DNA of 32,000 nucleotides, taken from the NCBI GenBank assembly GCA_965219425.1, contig OZ244741.1:949324-981323 (forward strand). Reading direction: 5' to 3'. Source of the DNA: Dehalococcoidia bacterium. GTDB lineage: Bacteria > Chloroflexota > Dehalococcoidia > Lucifugimonadales > Australimonadaceae. Shown piece by piece: positions 17,234-24,820 of the stretch (positions are counted from its first letter, which is position 1; the number at the start of each line of letters is the position of its first letter). A program made the translations under genes and the position numbers. The notes beneath the pieces were generated by a model that worked only from the letters and a program-made list of their open reading frames with translations, was not told the origin of the DNA and did no database searches.

Positions 17234-17640
17234 ACCTCTCCCCCGTCTGCGGGGGAGACTGAGAAGGGGCCGTCTCCGGGGGAAGACCCTAACCTCTCCC
17301 CCGTCTGCGGGGGAGACTGAGAGGGGGCCGTCTCCGGGGGAAGACCCTAACCTCTTCCCCGTCTGCGGGGGAGACTGAGAAGGGGCCGTCTCCGGGGGAA
17401 GACCCTAACCTCTCCCCCGTCTGCGGGGGAGACTGAGAGGGGGCCGTCTCCGGGGGAAGACCCTAACCTCTTCCCCGTCTGCGGGGGAGACTGAGAGGGG
17501 GCCGTCTCCGGGGGAAGACCCTAACCTCTCCCCCGTCTGCGGGGGAGACTGAGAGGGGGCCGTCTACGGGGGAAGACCCTAACCTCTCCCCCGTCCGCGG
17601 GGGAGACTGAGAGGGGCCCGTCCGGTGGAGGACTGAGGAG
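17234..17640. repeat. Tandem array A: 58-bp unit x about 7 (CCTCTCCCCCGTCTGCGGGGGAGACTGAGAGGGGGCCGTCTCCGGGGGAAGACCCTAA), each unit with hairpin CTCCCCC-GTCTGC-GGGGGAG
   Basis: The GTCTGC landmark recurs ending at 17250, 17308, 17366, 17424, 17482, 17540 and 17598, an exact 58-bp period. Units differ by only 1-2 nt, and the last unit is degenerate. Confidence 0.95.
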
Positions 17641-17644
17641 GGCT

Positions 17645-18052
17645 TCAGCCGAGAAGGAGCGCGGTTCGGGGTGGCGGAGTGTCGTCGATGGGCAAGAAGC
17701 CCACCAGCCGCGTCGGACGATGGCCGGCGACTCGCACCAGCACCGGCGCCGACGCTAGCAGCAGGAGTGCGGCGAAGGCCGCGGGCGCGGCCATGCCGGG
17801 CGCGAACGAGCTGTCGTTCGCCGGCGGAACCGCGAACACGTCGCCGCCTCCCTCGCCGTCCAGCTCGTAGGAGTGCAGGTGGAAGGGGCCATGCCCGCCC
17901 AGTTGGACGTGGGCATGGTTGGGGAGAAGCTCTACGAACACCAGGGAAAGCAGCGGCCCGTACACGGGCAGCAGCAGCGCGTAGACGAAGGCAACTGCCA
18001 CGACGAGGCGGGCGCGGCCGCCGCGGAACGTATGTCTGATTATCGGGGCCAT
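17645..18052 (-). CDS. Hypothetical small membrane protein (135 aa) with His-rich loop NHAHVQLGGHGPFHLHSYE between two TM helices
   Basis: Strong G/C third-position bias in this frame, with two hydrophobic helices flanking the His-rich segment. The start at ATG 18052 (MAPIIRH) is preferred over the ORF opening at 18154. No family was recognised. Confidence 0.5.
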   Translation of the reverse strand: MAPIIRHTFRGGRARLVVAVAFVYALLLPVYGPLLSLVFVELLPNHAHVQLGGHGPFHLHSYELDGEGGGDVFAVPPANDSSFAPGMAAPAAFAALLLLASAPVLVRVAGHRPTRLVGFLPIDDTPPPRTALLLG

Positions 18053-18176
18053 GAGTGGGGCTGGTGCTTCGGGTGGTCTCGAGTTCTCATTACCGGCGAT
18101 GGACTCCGCGATGTCAAGCGTCCGGGCGTGTCGTCTATACTCTAGAGACCCCACGAGTCAGGCTGATTCTGCGAAT

Positions 18177-18229
18177 CGGTTCGTGGCGAGCCCGCTCAAT
18201 TCGGTTCGTGGCGAGCCTGTCGAACCACC
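18177..18229. repeat. REP-like element, family 2: CGGTTCGTGGCGAGCC duplicated (25-bp period) and closing hairpin GGTTCG-N12-CGAACC
   Basis: Read directly from the sequence. It has the same core (GGTTCGTGG[CT]GAGCCTGTCGAACCAC) as the tandem array at 26148-26357. It ends 14 nt before the EVE gene start. Confidence 0.7.
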
Positions 18230-18242
18230 CTAGAGGTCTGCG

Positions 18243-18707
18243 ATGACGAGCTATTGGCTGTTCAAGTCCGAGCCTACCACCTACTCCTTTGACGACCTCG
18301 TTGCCGACGGCGTCTCCGAGTGGGACGGCGTGCGCAACTTCCAAGTCCGCAACTGGCTGCGAGACGCAATCAAGCCGGGCGACCGCGTCCTCTTCTGGCA
18401 TTCGAGCGCGAAACCTATCGGCGTAGTAGGGACGGCTACCGTCGTCCGCGAGGGATACCCCGACCACACGGCGTGGGACCCGGACTCGGACCACCCCGAC
18501 CCCAAGAGCACACCCGACAACCCCATCTGGTGGATGGTCGACATCCAAGCCGACCAGAAGTTCAACGACATCGTCACCGCCGACGAGCTCCGGGAAGAGC
18601 CGGCCTTGGCCGACATGGTGGTGCTCAAGCGCGGCAACCGCTTCTCGATCACGCCGGTTACGGAAGCGGAATTCGCGGTCGTGGTGCGCATCGGGCAGAG
18701 CAAGTAG
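18243..18707 (+). CDS. EVE domain-containing protein (PUA-like fold, THYN1/DUF55 family)
   Basis: Characteristic N-terminus YWLFKSEPTTYSFDDLVADGVSEWDGVRNFQVRNWLRDAIKPGDRVLFWHS and C-terminal FSITPVTEAEF. 154 aa is the typical standalone EVE size. Confidence 0.85.
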   Translation: MTSYWLFKSEPTTYSFDDLVADGVSEWDGVRNFQVRNWLRDAIKPGDRVLFWHSSAKPIGVVGTATVVREGYPDHTAWDPDSDHPDPKSTPDNPIWWMVDIQADQKFNDIVTADELREEPALADMVVLKRGNRFSITPVTEAEFAVVVRIGQSK

Positions 18708-18721
18708 TCCGGGCCCGTCCC

Positions 18722-19696
18722 CTACCCTGCGAACTGCGGCGCCACCTCTTGGGCGAAGCGCTCCATCATCCCCCGGTCGAACGGGCGCGGCGTCATCAAG
18801 ATGAAATGGTCCACGCCGGCGTCGACCCACCTCCCCACCTGCTCGGCGACCTCCGTGGACGAGCCTAGGAACATGCTGTCGCGCACCTGGTCCTCGGGGC
18901 TCGCGTAATAGGAAGTGCGCTGGGTGGCTAGGCTCGCGCCCCGAGCTACGGTCGCCTCTACCGCCGACTTATCGTCGGTCAGCTTGATCTGAAGCTGGAC
19001 CGAATGGCGCATGGATGAGAAGTCGCGGTTGGTCTCGTCGCACACGGCCTGCATACGGGCGAGGTTGACCTTCGCCTCCTCCAGCGGCGCGATCTGGTTG
19101 TAATCGTCGGCGTGCTTGGCGGCGATTCGGAGGGTCCTATCGCCGCGTCCGCCGACGATGATGGGCGGGTGCGGCTGCTGGACCGGCTTCGGCATCTGGG
19201 GCGCCTCGTCCAGGCTGTAGTACTTGCCCTGGAAGTTCGCTGGCTCGTCCTGCCAGATGGCCTTGATAACGGAGAGCGCCTCGTCCAACCGCTCGGCGCG
19301 TTCGGCGAAGGGCGGGAACGGCATGCCGTGGACGTCGAACTCATGCTTGACGTTGCCTGAGCCGATGCCCAGCTCGGCCCGCCCGCCGGACGCGTGGTCG
19401 ATGGTGTTGACGATCTTGGCCGTCATCACGGGGTGGCGGAGGTTGTTATTGATGACCAGCATGCCCAAACGGAGGCGCTTCGTGTGGCCCGCCATCGCCG
19501 CCATGACCGTGAGCCCTTCGAGCCGCGCGGGCGTCGCGCCACGGCCCGGGGTAATCTGCATGAGATGGTCCGACGGATAGAAACCGTGGAAGCCAAGCTC
19601 ATCGCACGTCTGACATATCTCTAGAAAGTCGTCCCAGCCGAGCCCCGAACTCCCCCCAACGCTGAATAGGACCTTGCCCACGGGTCGCCTCCTCAT
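18722..19696 (-). CDS. Luciferase-like monooxygenase (LLM) class oxidoreductase, probably F420-dependent; paralog 1
   Basis: LLM hallmarks: YPSDHLM, RLGMLVINNNLRHPVMTAKIVNTIDHASGGRAELGIGSG, PKPVQQPHPPIIVGG and RIAAKHADDYN. About 58% identical by eye to the gene at 20698-21666. Confidence 0.8.
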   Translation of the reverse strand: MRRRPVGKVLFSVGGSSGLGWDDFLEICQTCDELGFHGFYPSDHLMQITPGRGATPARLEGLTVMAAMAGHTKRLRLGMLVINNNLRHPVMTAKIVNTIDHASGGRAELGIGSGNVKHEFDVHGMPFPPFAERAERLDEALSVIKAIWQDEPANFQGKYYSLDEAPQMPKPVQQPHPPIIVGGRGDRTLRIAAKHADDYNQIAPLEEAKVNLARMQAVCDETNRDFSSMRHSVQLQIKLTDDKSAVEATVARGASLATQRTSYYASPEDQVRDSMFLGSSTEVAEQVGRWVDAGVDHFILMTPRPFDRGMMERFAQEVAPQFAG

Positions 19697-19891
19697 CGAT
19701 CACGGAGCGCCTTCCTGAGTGTGCGGCGCCGCAGAGGATGATAGCGCGTCGCCCGTCCCAAGGCGATTACGAGGACGCAGTTAGGCCCCCACGGAACGCG
19801 ATCAGCTACCAGAGAATCTAGGTCTCCTTCCGCGGCGCCTCCCACTTGTCAAGGCAAAGGCGGTTGCCGCGAAGCGTGCGCTTCAGCTTCC

Positions 19892-20290
19892 TTATCCGCG
19901 TGCGGGGATAGAGACCTCGAGCTCGGTGTGGCGGGCAAGCGCTTCGAAGTCAGCGTCGCTATGCAAGACCGGCATGGCGACGCGTATGGCTATGGAGGCA
20001 ATGAGACAGTCCATCAACGTTCGGACTGTCTCCCCCTGCCGTCGGCAACGACGATAGAGTGCGGCGGCATCGTCAAAGTCCGTCGCCTGAGTCGGGATTA
20101 CCGCCGCTCGAGCAAGAAGCCGCCGAAGGCTCAGCAAGTGCGACTCGTCCCGCGCCCCGGCGAGCACTTCCATCCGCACCGCATCGCAGATGGCGACCTC
20201 GTGCGCCAGCAGGTCGTCAACTGCCGCGCAAACCGTGGAGCCTGTGTTCCGGAGAAACTCTATCCACGCCGAGGTGTCAATCAAGACCAT
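19892..20290 (-). CDS. vapC: Type II toxin VapC (PIN-domain ribonuclease)
   Basis: N-terminal [14 protein letters not shown] with the catalytic Asp. Conserved acidic residues follow (MEVLAG, MDCLIA, HSDADFE). It overlaps the upstream VapB gene by 10 nt. Confidence 0.85.
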   Translation of the reverse strand: MVLIDTSAWIEFLRNTGSTVCAAVDDLLAHEVAICDAVRMEVLAGARDESHLLSLRRLLARAAVIPTQATDFDDAAALYRRCRRQGETVRTLMDCLIASIAIRVAMPVLHSDADFEALARHTELEVSIPARG

Positions 20291-20490
20291 GACAAACGGC
20301 TGGAGCGCAGAGCGTCAAGGTCGCCCTCCCAACCGGTCCCGCGGAGGGCGCGGGCCTCGTCGAGGGACGCGGGTTCGGCCGCCAGCGCACGTAGGGCGAA
20401 GTTGACCGCCTCGCGCTTAGTGGCGAGCTGGTAGCGCCGCATAACCTCCGCGCACGCCCGATCGTCGATATCAATGTTGGTGCGCGCCAT
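20281..20490 (-). CDS. vapB: Type II antitoxin VapB (ribbon-helix-helix / Rv0623-like type)
   Basis: [37 protein letters not shown] is the classic VapB N-terminus. The start at ATG 20490 is preferred over the ORF opening at 20508. Confidence 0.8.
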   Translation of the reverse strand: MARTNIDIDDRACAEVMRRYQLATKREAVNFALRALAAEPASLDEARALRGTGWEGDLDALRSSRLSWS

Positions 20491-20574
20491 ACACCTACCA
20501 TACACCAAACCGGCAGGATGCTCAAGCTATGGGCGCTTCGCCTCCGCCCGATGGAGACCTTTGCGCAACCCTTG

Positions 20575-20697
20575 GAGAGGGATTCATTTTTCCTCCTCCC
20601 CCTCCAAGGGGGAGGACTAAGGAGGGGGCCGCCCTGAGCCTGTCGAGGGGTCCTCCGACACGGGCGGGGCAACGCCCCGTGCGAGGGTTGAAGCGCC
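20575..20697. repeat. Composite REP-like element: hairpin CTCCCCCT-CCA-AGGGGGAG followed by a GAGCCTGTCGA...CGGGGC-AAC-GCCCCG segment
   Basis: Inverted repeats read directly from the sequence. The first half resembles the 58-bp array hairpin and the second half resembles the family-2 core. It lies between the LLM paralog 2 stop and vapB. Confidence 0.6.
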
Positions 20698-21666
20698 CTA
20701 CACGAACGCAGGGGCCACTTCGGACATGAACGTCTCCAACGGCTCGCGGTTGAAGGGACGCGGGGTGGTCAGGATGAAGTGGTTCACGCCGGCTTCCATC
20801 CAGCGGCCCACCTGCTCGGTGACCTCGTCCGGCGAGCCGATGAGACGCGAGTTCGCGACGTGCTCGCGGAGGTCGGCGTAGCCGGGGGCGACGTTGTGAG
20901 CGCCGTAGTTGAAGCTGGCCACGGCGCCGTCTATAACGGCTTCGGCCTCCGCCCTGCTCGATACGAACGTAAAGGGGACCTGGACGGAGAAGCGCATGTT
21001 CGTCAAATCGCGGCCAGTCTCGGCGGCGACGGCCCGGAAGCGCTCGATGTTGCGGGCGACTTGGCGGACGGGAGCTATCTGGTCCCAATCATCCGCGTGC
21101 TTGGCGGCGACGCGCATCGTCCGGCCGCTGATGCCGCCGACGATGATGGGCGGGTATGGCTGCTGGACGGGCTTCGGCATCTGCGGGGCTTCACGCAGGT
21201 TGTAGTGCTCGCCGTGAAAGGTGGCTGGCTCGTCGGTCCAGATGGCGCGGATGACGGAGAGCGCCTCGTCCATCATGGCGATGCGCTCGGCGGGCGGCGG
21301 GAACGGGAAGCCGTGCACGCGGTGCTCAGGCTCCGACCAGCCGGCGCCCAGTCCGAACTCGGCGCGTCCATTCGAGGCGTGGTCGATGGTGTTGAATATC
21401 TTGGCGGTCATCACCGGATGGCGAAAGAGATTGTTGGCGACGAGGACGCCGAGGCGGAGCGTCTTGGTGTAGCCGGAGATCGCGGCCATCGCCGTGAGGG
21501 AGTCGAGGCGGTCGGGCGAGGGCCCCTTCCCGCCTTGAACGGTCATGAGGTGGTCGGAGGGGTAGAAGGCGAAGTAACCCGTCTCCTCGCAAGCCGTGCA
21601 GACGTCGAGAAACCCTTGCCAGCCGAGTCCCGAGCTTCCGCCGATGGAGAAGAGTGGAGTGTTCAT
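20698..21666 (-). CDS. Luciferase-like monooxygenase (LLM) class oxidoreductase, probably F420-dependent; paralog 2
   Basis: Same motif set as paralog 1: YPSDHLM, RHPVMTAKIFNTIDHASNGRAEFGLGAG, PKPVQQPYPPIIVGG and AAKHADDWDQ. The start at ATG 21666 (MNTPLFSIGG) is chosen by alignment with paralog 1; the ORF opens at 21708. Confidence 0.8.
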   Translation of the reverse strand: MNTPLFSIGGSSGLGWQGFLDVCTACEETGYFAFYPSDHLMTVQGGKGPSPDRLDSLTAMAAISGYTKTLRLGVLVANNLFRHPVMTAKIFNTIDHASNGRAEFGLGAGWSEPEHRVHGFPFPPPAERIAMMDEALSVIRAIWTDEPATFHGEHYNLREAPQMPKPVQQPYPPIIVGGISGRTMRVAAKHADDWDQIAPVRQVARNIERFRAVAAETGRDLTNMRFSVQVPFTFVSSRAEAEAVIDGAVASFNYGAHNVAPGYADLREHVANSRLIGSPDEVTEQVGRWMEAGVNHFILTTPRPFNREPLETFMSEVAPAFV

Positions 21667-21797
21667 GGACAGGGATGATAGCCGCTGGCGCGGCGGTTGA
21701 GGGGCCATGCTCGTTGATGTAGGGTTCCGAGAGTTGCGCGGCGGCGCTTGCGGCCCGATTAGGCGGCGAGCGCGCCTTCGTGCGTCACGGAGGAGAG

Positions 21798-23042
21798 ATG
21801 ACGAGTAAGAGGCGGCTGGGGCTGGCGATGGTCGGTATCGGCGTCGGCGGGACGGAGATGCTTCCGGCGATGGAGGCGATGCCAGAGTTGAAGCTGGTCG
21901 CCGGGTGCGACGTCAACGAGGACACCCTCAACCAGTTCAGCGCCCGCTATAGCGCCAAGGGCTACGGCGACTACGACGAGATGCTCGCCGACCCGGAGGT
22001 CGAAGCTGTCTGGGTGTCGACGCCCAACCGGTTCCACGCGGAGCACTCGATTCGGGCGATGGAGGCGGGGAAGCACGTCGTCGTCGAGAAGCCCATGGCC
22101 CTGGACCTCGAAGACGCGGAGAAGATGGTGGAGACGGCGAACCGGACAGGCGTGAAGTTCCTGGCCGGGCATACGCGGTCCTTCACCCCGCCCGTCCGAA
22201 CGATGTGGAAGATCGTCCAGTCGGGAGAGATTGGCCGGGCGCGGGCAATCAACGCCTTTGCCTACACGGACTGGATGCTCCGGCCTCGCACCTGGGAAGA
22301 GCTCGACATGGCCCAGGGCGGAGGGCTGCCGATGCGCCAGCTGCCCCACCAGATCGACAGCGTCAGGCTGCTGGGCGGCGGCATGGTGAAGAGCGTGCGC
22401 GGCGCCACGGGACAGTGGATGCCCGAGCGCTCCATTCCCGGCTACTACGCGGCGTTCTTGGAGTTCGAGGACGGCGCGACGTCCCTGGTCTGCCACAACG
22501 GCTACGGCTACGTGATGGGCGCGGAGTTCGTCACGTGGGGCCACGACCGCCAGCGCTACACCGCCGAGGAGCGCGTCGAAGTGCGGCGGCAGATGCGGGA
22601 GGGCGAGCGCGACGAGTCGGCCGACAAGCAAGCGCTCCGCATCGGCGGGATGCAGGAGCGCGAGGTCTTCAAGGCGGAGAACGAGGAATTGTGGGTTCCG
22701 GAAGACCTCGGATTGCTCATCGTAAGTTGCGAGCGCGGCGACATACGCCACGGCCCGACGGGCCTGATCCTGTACGACGACCGCGGCACGCACAAGATCG
22801 ACCTCCAGATCGACCGCGACATGGGCCCTGGCTATCGAAGGGCGGAGCTCGAAGAGCTGTACGACGCGGTCGTCGACGACCGGCCCATCTTCCACACGGG
22901 CGAGTGGGGCCTGGCGACGCTGGAAGTCGTGTTGGGCATTGTCCAGTCGGGAGCGGAGGGCCGCGAGATTCAGATGCGGCGCCAGGTCCCGGTGCATGAG
23001 CGTTACGGAGAGGCGAGGAACTTCTCGCCAATCTCGGTCTAG
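21798..23042 (+). CDS. Gfo/Idh/MocA-family NAD(P)-dependent oxidoreductase, long form (about 415 aa), phthalate 4,5-cis-dihydrodiol dehydrogenase-like; paralog 1
   Basis: Rossmann GxGxxG (MVGIGVGG), EKPMAL, AGHTRSF, and the subfamily block YTDWMLRPRTWEELD..GGG..RQLPHQIDSVRLLGGG that I associate with the phthalate dihydrodiol dehydrogenase-like branch. A GGAGGAG SD precedes the ATG at 21798. Confidence 0.8.
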   Translation: MTSKRRLGLAMVGIGVGGTEMLPAMEAMPELKLVAGCDVNEDTLNQFSARYSAKGYGDYDEMLADPEVEAVWVSTPNRFHAEHSIRAMEAGKHVVVEKPMALDLEDAEKMVETANRTGVKFLAGHTRSFTPPVRTMWKIVQSGEIGRARAINAFAYTDWMLRPRTWEELDMAQGGGLPMRQLPHQIDSVRLLGGGMVKSVRGATGQWMPERSIPGYYAAFLEFEDGATSLVCHNGYGYVMGAEFVTWGHDRQRYTAEERVEVRRQMREGERDESADKQALRIGGMQEREVFKAENEELWVPEDLGLLIVSCERGDIRHGPTGLILYDDRGTHKIDLQIDRDMGPGYRRAELEELYDAVVDDRPIFHTGEWGLATLEVVLGIVQSGAEGREIQMRRQVPVHERYGEARNFSPISV

Positions 23043-23049
23043 CTGGAGA

Positions 23050-23512
23050 GAACTCCCTCTCCCCTGTCTGCGGGGGAGAGTTAGAGACCCCCTCCACCAT
23101 CCTGGGGGAGGGCTGGGGAGGGGGCCCGTCTGCGGGGGAGACTGAGAGGGGGCCGTCTGCGGGGGAACACCCTAACCTCTCCCCCGTCTGCGGGGGAGAC
23201 TGAGAGGGGGCCGTCTGCGAGGGGATACCCTAACCTCTCCCCCGTCTGCGGGGGAGACTGAGAGGGGGCCGTCTGCGGGGGAACACCCCAACCTCTCCCC
23301 CGTCTGCGGGGGAGACTGAGAGGGGGCCGTCTGCGGGGGAACACCCTAACCTCTCCCCGTCTGCGGGGGAGACTGAGAGGGGCCCATCTGCGGGGGAACA
23401 CCCTAACCTCTCCCCCGTCTGCGGGGGACACTGAGAGGGGGACGTCTGCAGGGGAACACCCTAACCTCTCCCCCGTCTGCGAGGGAGACTGAGAGGGGGG
23501 GCCGTCCGCGAG
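23050..23512. repeat. Tandem array B: 58-bp unit x about 7 (CCTCTCCCCCGTCTGCGGGGGAGACTGAGAGGGGGCCGTCTGCGGGGGAACACCCTAA); same family and orientation as array A but with its own variant
   Basis: Unit starts at 23176, 23234, 23292, 23350, 23407 and 23465, plus an irregular leading unit from about 23055. The consensus differs from array A at 2 of 58 positions (GTCTGC vs GTCTCC; GAACAC vs GAAGAC). Confidence 0.95.
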
Positions 23513-23548
23513 CGAGGTAGGAAAGAGCACAGATAAGGGGAGCGAGTC

Positions 23549-24808
23549 ATGACCACGACTGAAGCAAAGCCACTGAAACTCGGAGTGATCGGCATCGGAG
23601 TCGGCGCGGCGGAGATGCTGCCGCCGATGGAGCGAGCCTCCTACATCGACCTGTTCGCCGGCGCGGACGTCAACCCGGACGTTCGCGAGCGGTTCAAGGC
23701 GCGCTACGAGGAGGCCCGCGTCTACGAGAGCGCCGAAGACCTGGTGAACGACCCGGACGTCGAAGCCGTATGGATTTCGACGCCCAACCGGTTCCACGCC
23801 CCAATGACCGTTCTCGCCGCCAACCACGGCAAGCACGTCGTCGTCGAGAAGCCCATGGCCCTCGACATCCGCCAGGCCGAGGAGATGGTCGAGGCGTGCG
23901 AGAAGAACGGCGTGAAGCTGGTGGCGGGCCACACCCAGAGCTTCCAGCCCCACGTCCGCCTCATGCGCCAGATCGTCGCCTCCGGCGAGCTCGGCCAGCT
24001 CGGTGCCGTCAACGCCATCGCCTACACCGACTGGGTGATCCGCCCCCGAACGGCCGACGAGCTCGACCCGGAACAGGGCGGAGGGCTCGTCTACCGGCAG
24101 ACGCCGCACCAAATCGACAGCATCCGCCTCATCGCCGGCGGGAAGGTGCGCAACGTGCGGGGGGCCTACGGGCAGTGGATGAAGTACCGCTCCATTCCCG
24201 GCTACTACGCCGTCTTCCTGGAGTTCGAGAACGGCGTCACCGGCGTCGCCATCCACAACGGTTATGGCTACTTCGTCGCTTCGGAGCTCGTGCCCTGGGG
24301 GGACGCAAACACGCGCTACACGCCCAGCGAGCGGAACAACATCCGCAAGTCTATGGCGGCGGGCACCCGCCCCGAGGACGCCGAGAAGCTGTCGCTCCGC
24401 ATCGGCGGAGAGGCCGAGTCGGCAATCTTCCGCAGGGAGCGCGGGCCGGAGAAGTGGAAGCCCAACGACCTCGGCATCGTCATCGTTAGCTGCGAGTTCG
24501 GCGAGCTCCGGCAGGGCCCCGAGGGACTCTACAAGTACACCGACGACGGCCTCACCGAGCTCATCGTCGACTCGGACCCGCTGCACCGCGACCAAGAGCT
24601 GGAGGAGCTCTTCAACGCCGTCAGGCTCGACCGCCCCGTCTTCCACAGCGGCGCGTGGGGAATGGCGACCCTGGAGGTCGGCCTCGCCATCAAAGAGTCC
24701 ACCAAGACCCACGAGCAGATCGAGCTGACTCACCAGATCGAGATGCCCGCGGCCTACGACACCGAGTACAAGGTCGAGGTCCTCGAAGAGCGGAAGATCG
24801 ACCACTAA
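23549..24808 (+). CDS. Gfo/Idh/MocA-family oxidoreductase, phthalate dihydrodiol dehydrogenase-like; paralog 2
   Basis: GVIGIGVGA, HVVVEKPMAL, AGHTQSF and YTDWVIRPRTADELDPEQGGGLVYRQTPHQIDSIRLIAGG. GGGGAG SD. About 65-70% identical by eye to paralog 3. Confidence 0.85.
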   Translation: MTTTEAKPLKLGVIGIGVGAAEMLPPMERASYIDLFAGADVNPDVRERFKARYEEARVYESAEDLVNDPDVEAVWISTPNRFHAPMTVLAANHGKHVVVEKPMALDIRQAEEMVEACEKNGVKLVAGHTQSFQPHVRLMRQIVASGELGQLGAVNAIAYTDWVIRPRTADELDPEQGGGLVYRQTPHQIDSIRLIAGGKVRNVRGAYGQWMKYRSIPGYYAVFLEFENGVTGVAIHNGYGYFVASELVPWGDANTRYTPSERNNIRKSMAAGTRPEDAEKLSLRIGGEAESAIFRRERGPEKWKPNDLGIVIVSCEFGELRQGPEGLYKYTDDGLTELIVDSDPLHRDQELEELFNAVRLDRPVFHSGAWGMATLEVGLAIKESTKTHEQIELTHQIEMPAAYDTEYKVEVLEERKIDH

Positions 24809-24820
24809 ACGAGGAGCGCC

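Noticed and set aside
17234-17640. Possible CRISPR array (regular spacing of about 29 bp of the CCGTCT[GC]CGGGGGA half-repeats); the same applies to 23050-23512
   Set aside because: The segments between the repeats are themselves identical from unit to unit, so this is a 58-bp tandem repeat and not repeat-plus-unique-spacer. There is no leader and no cas genes in the window.
21759-22997. 412-aa minus-strand ORF opposite Gfo/Idh/MocA paralog 1
   Set aside because: Antisense shadow ORF with no motifs. The plus-strand gene has Rossmann and EKP motifs and a strong SD.
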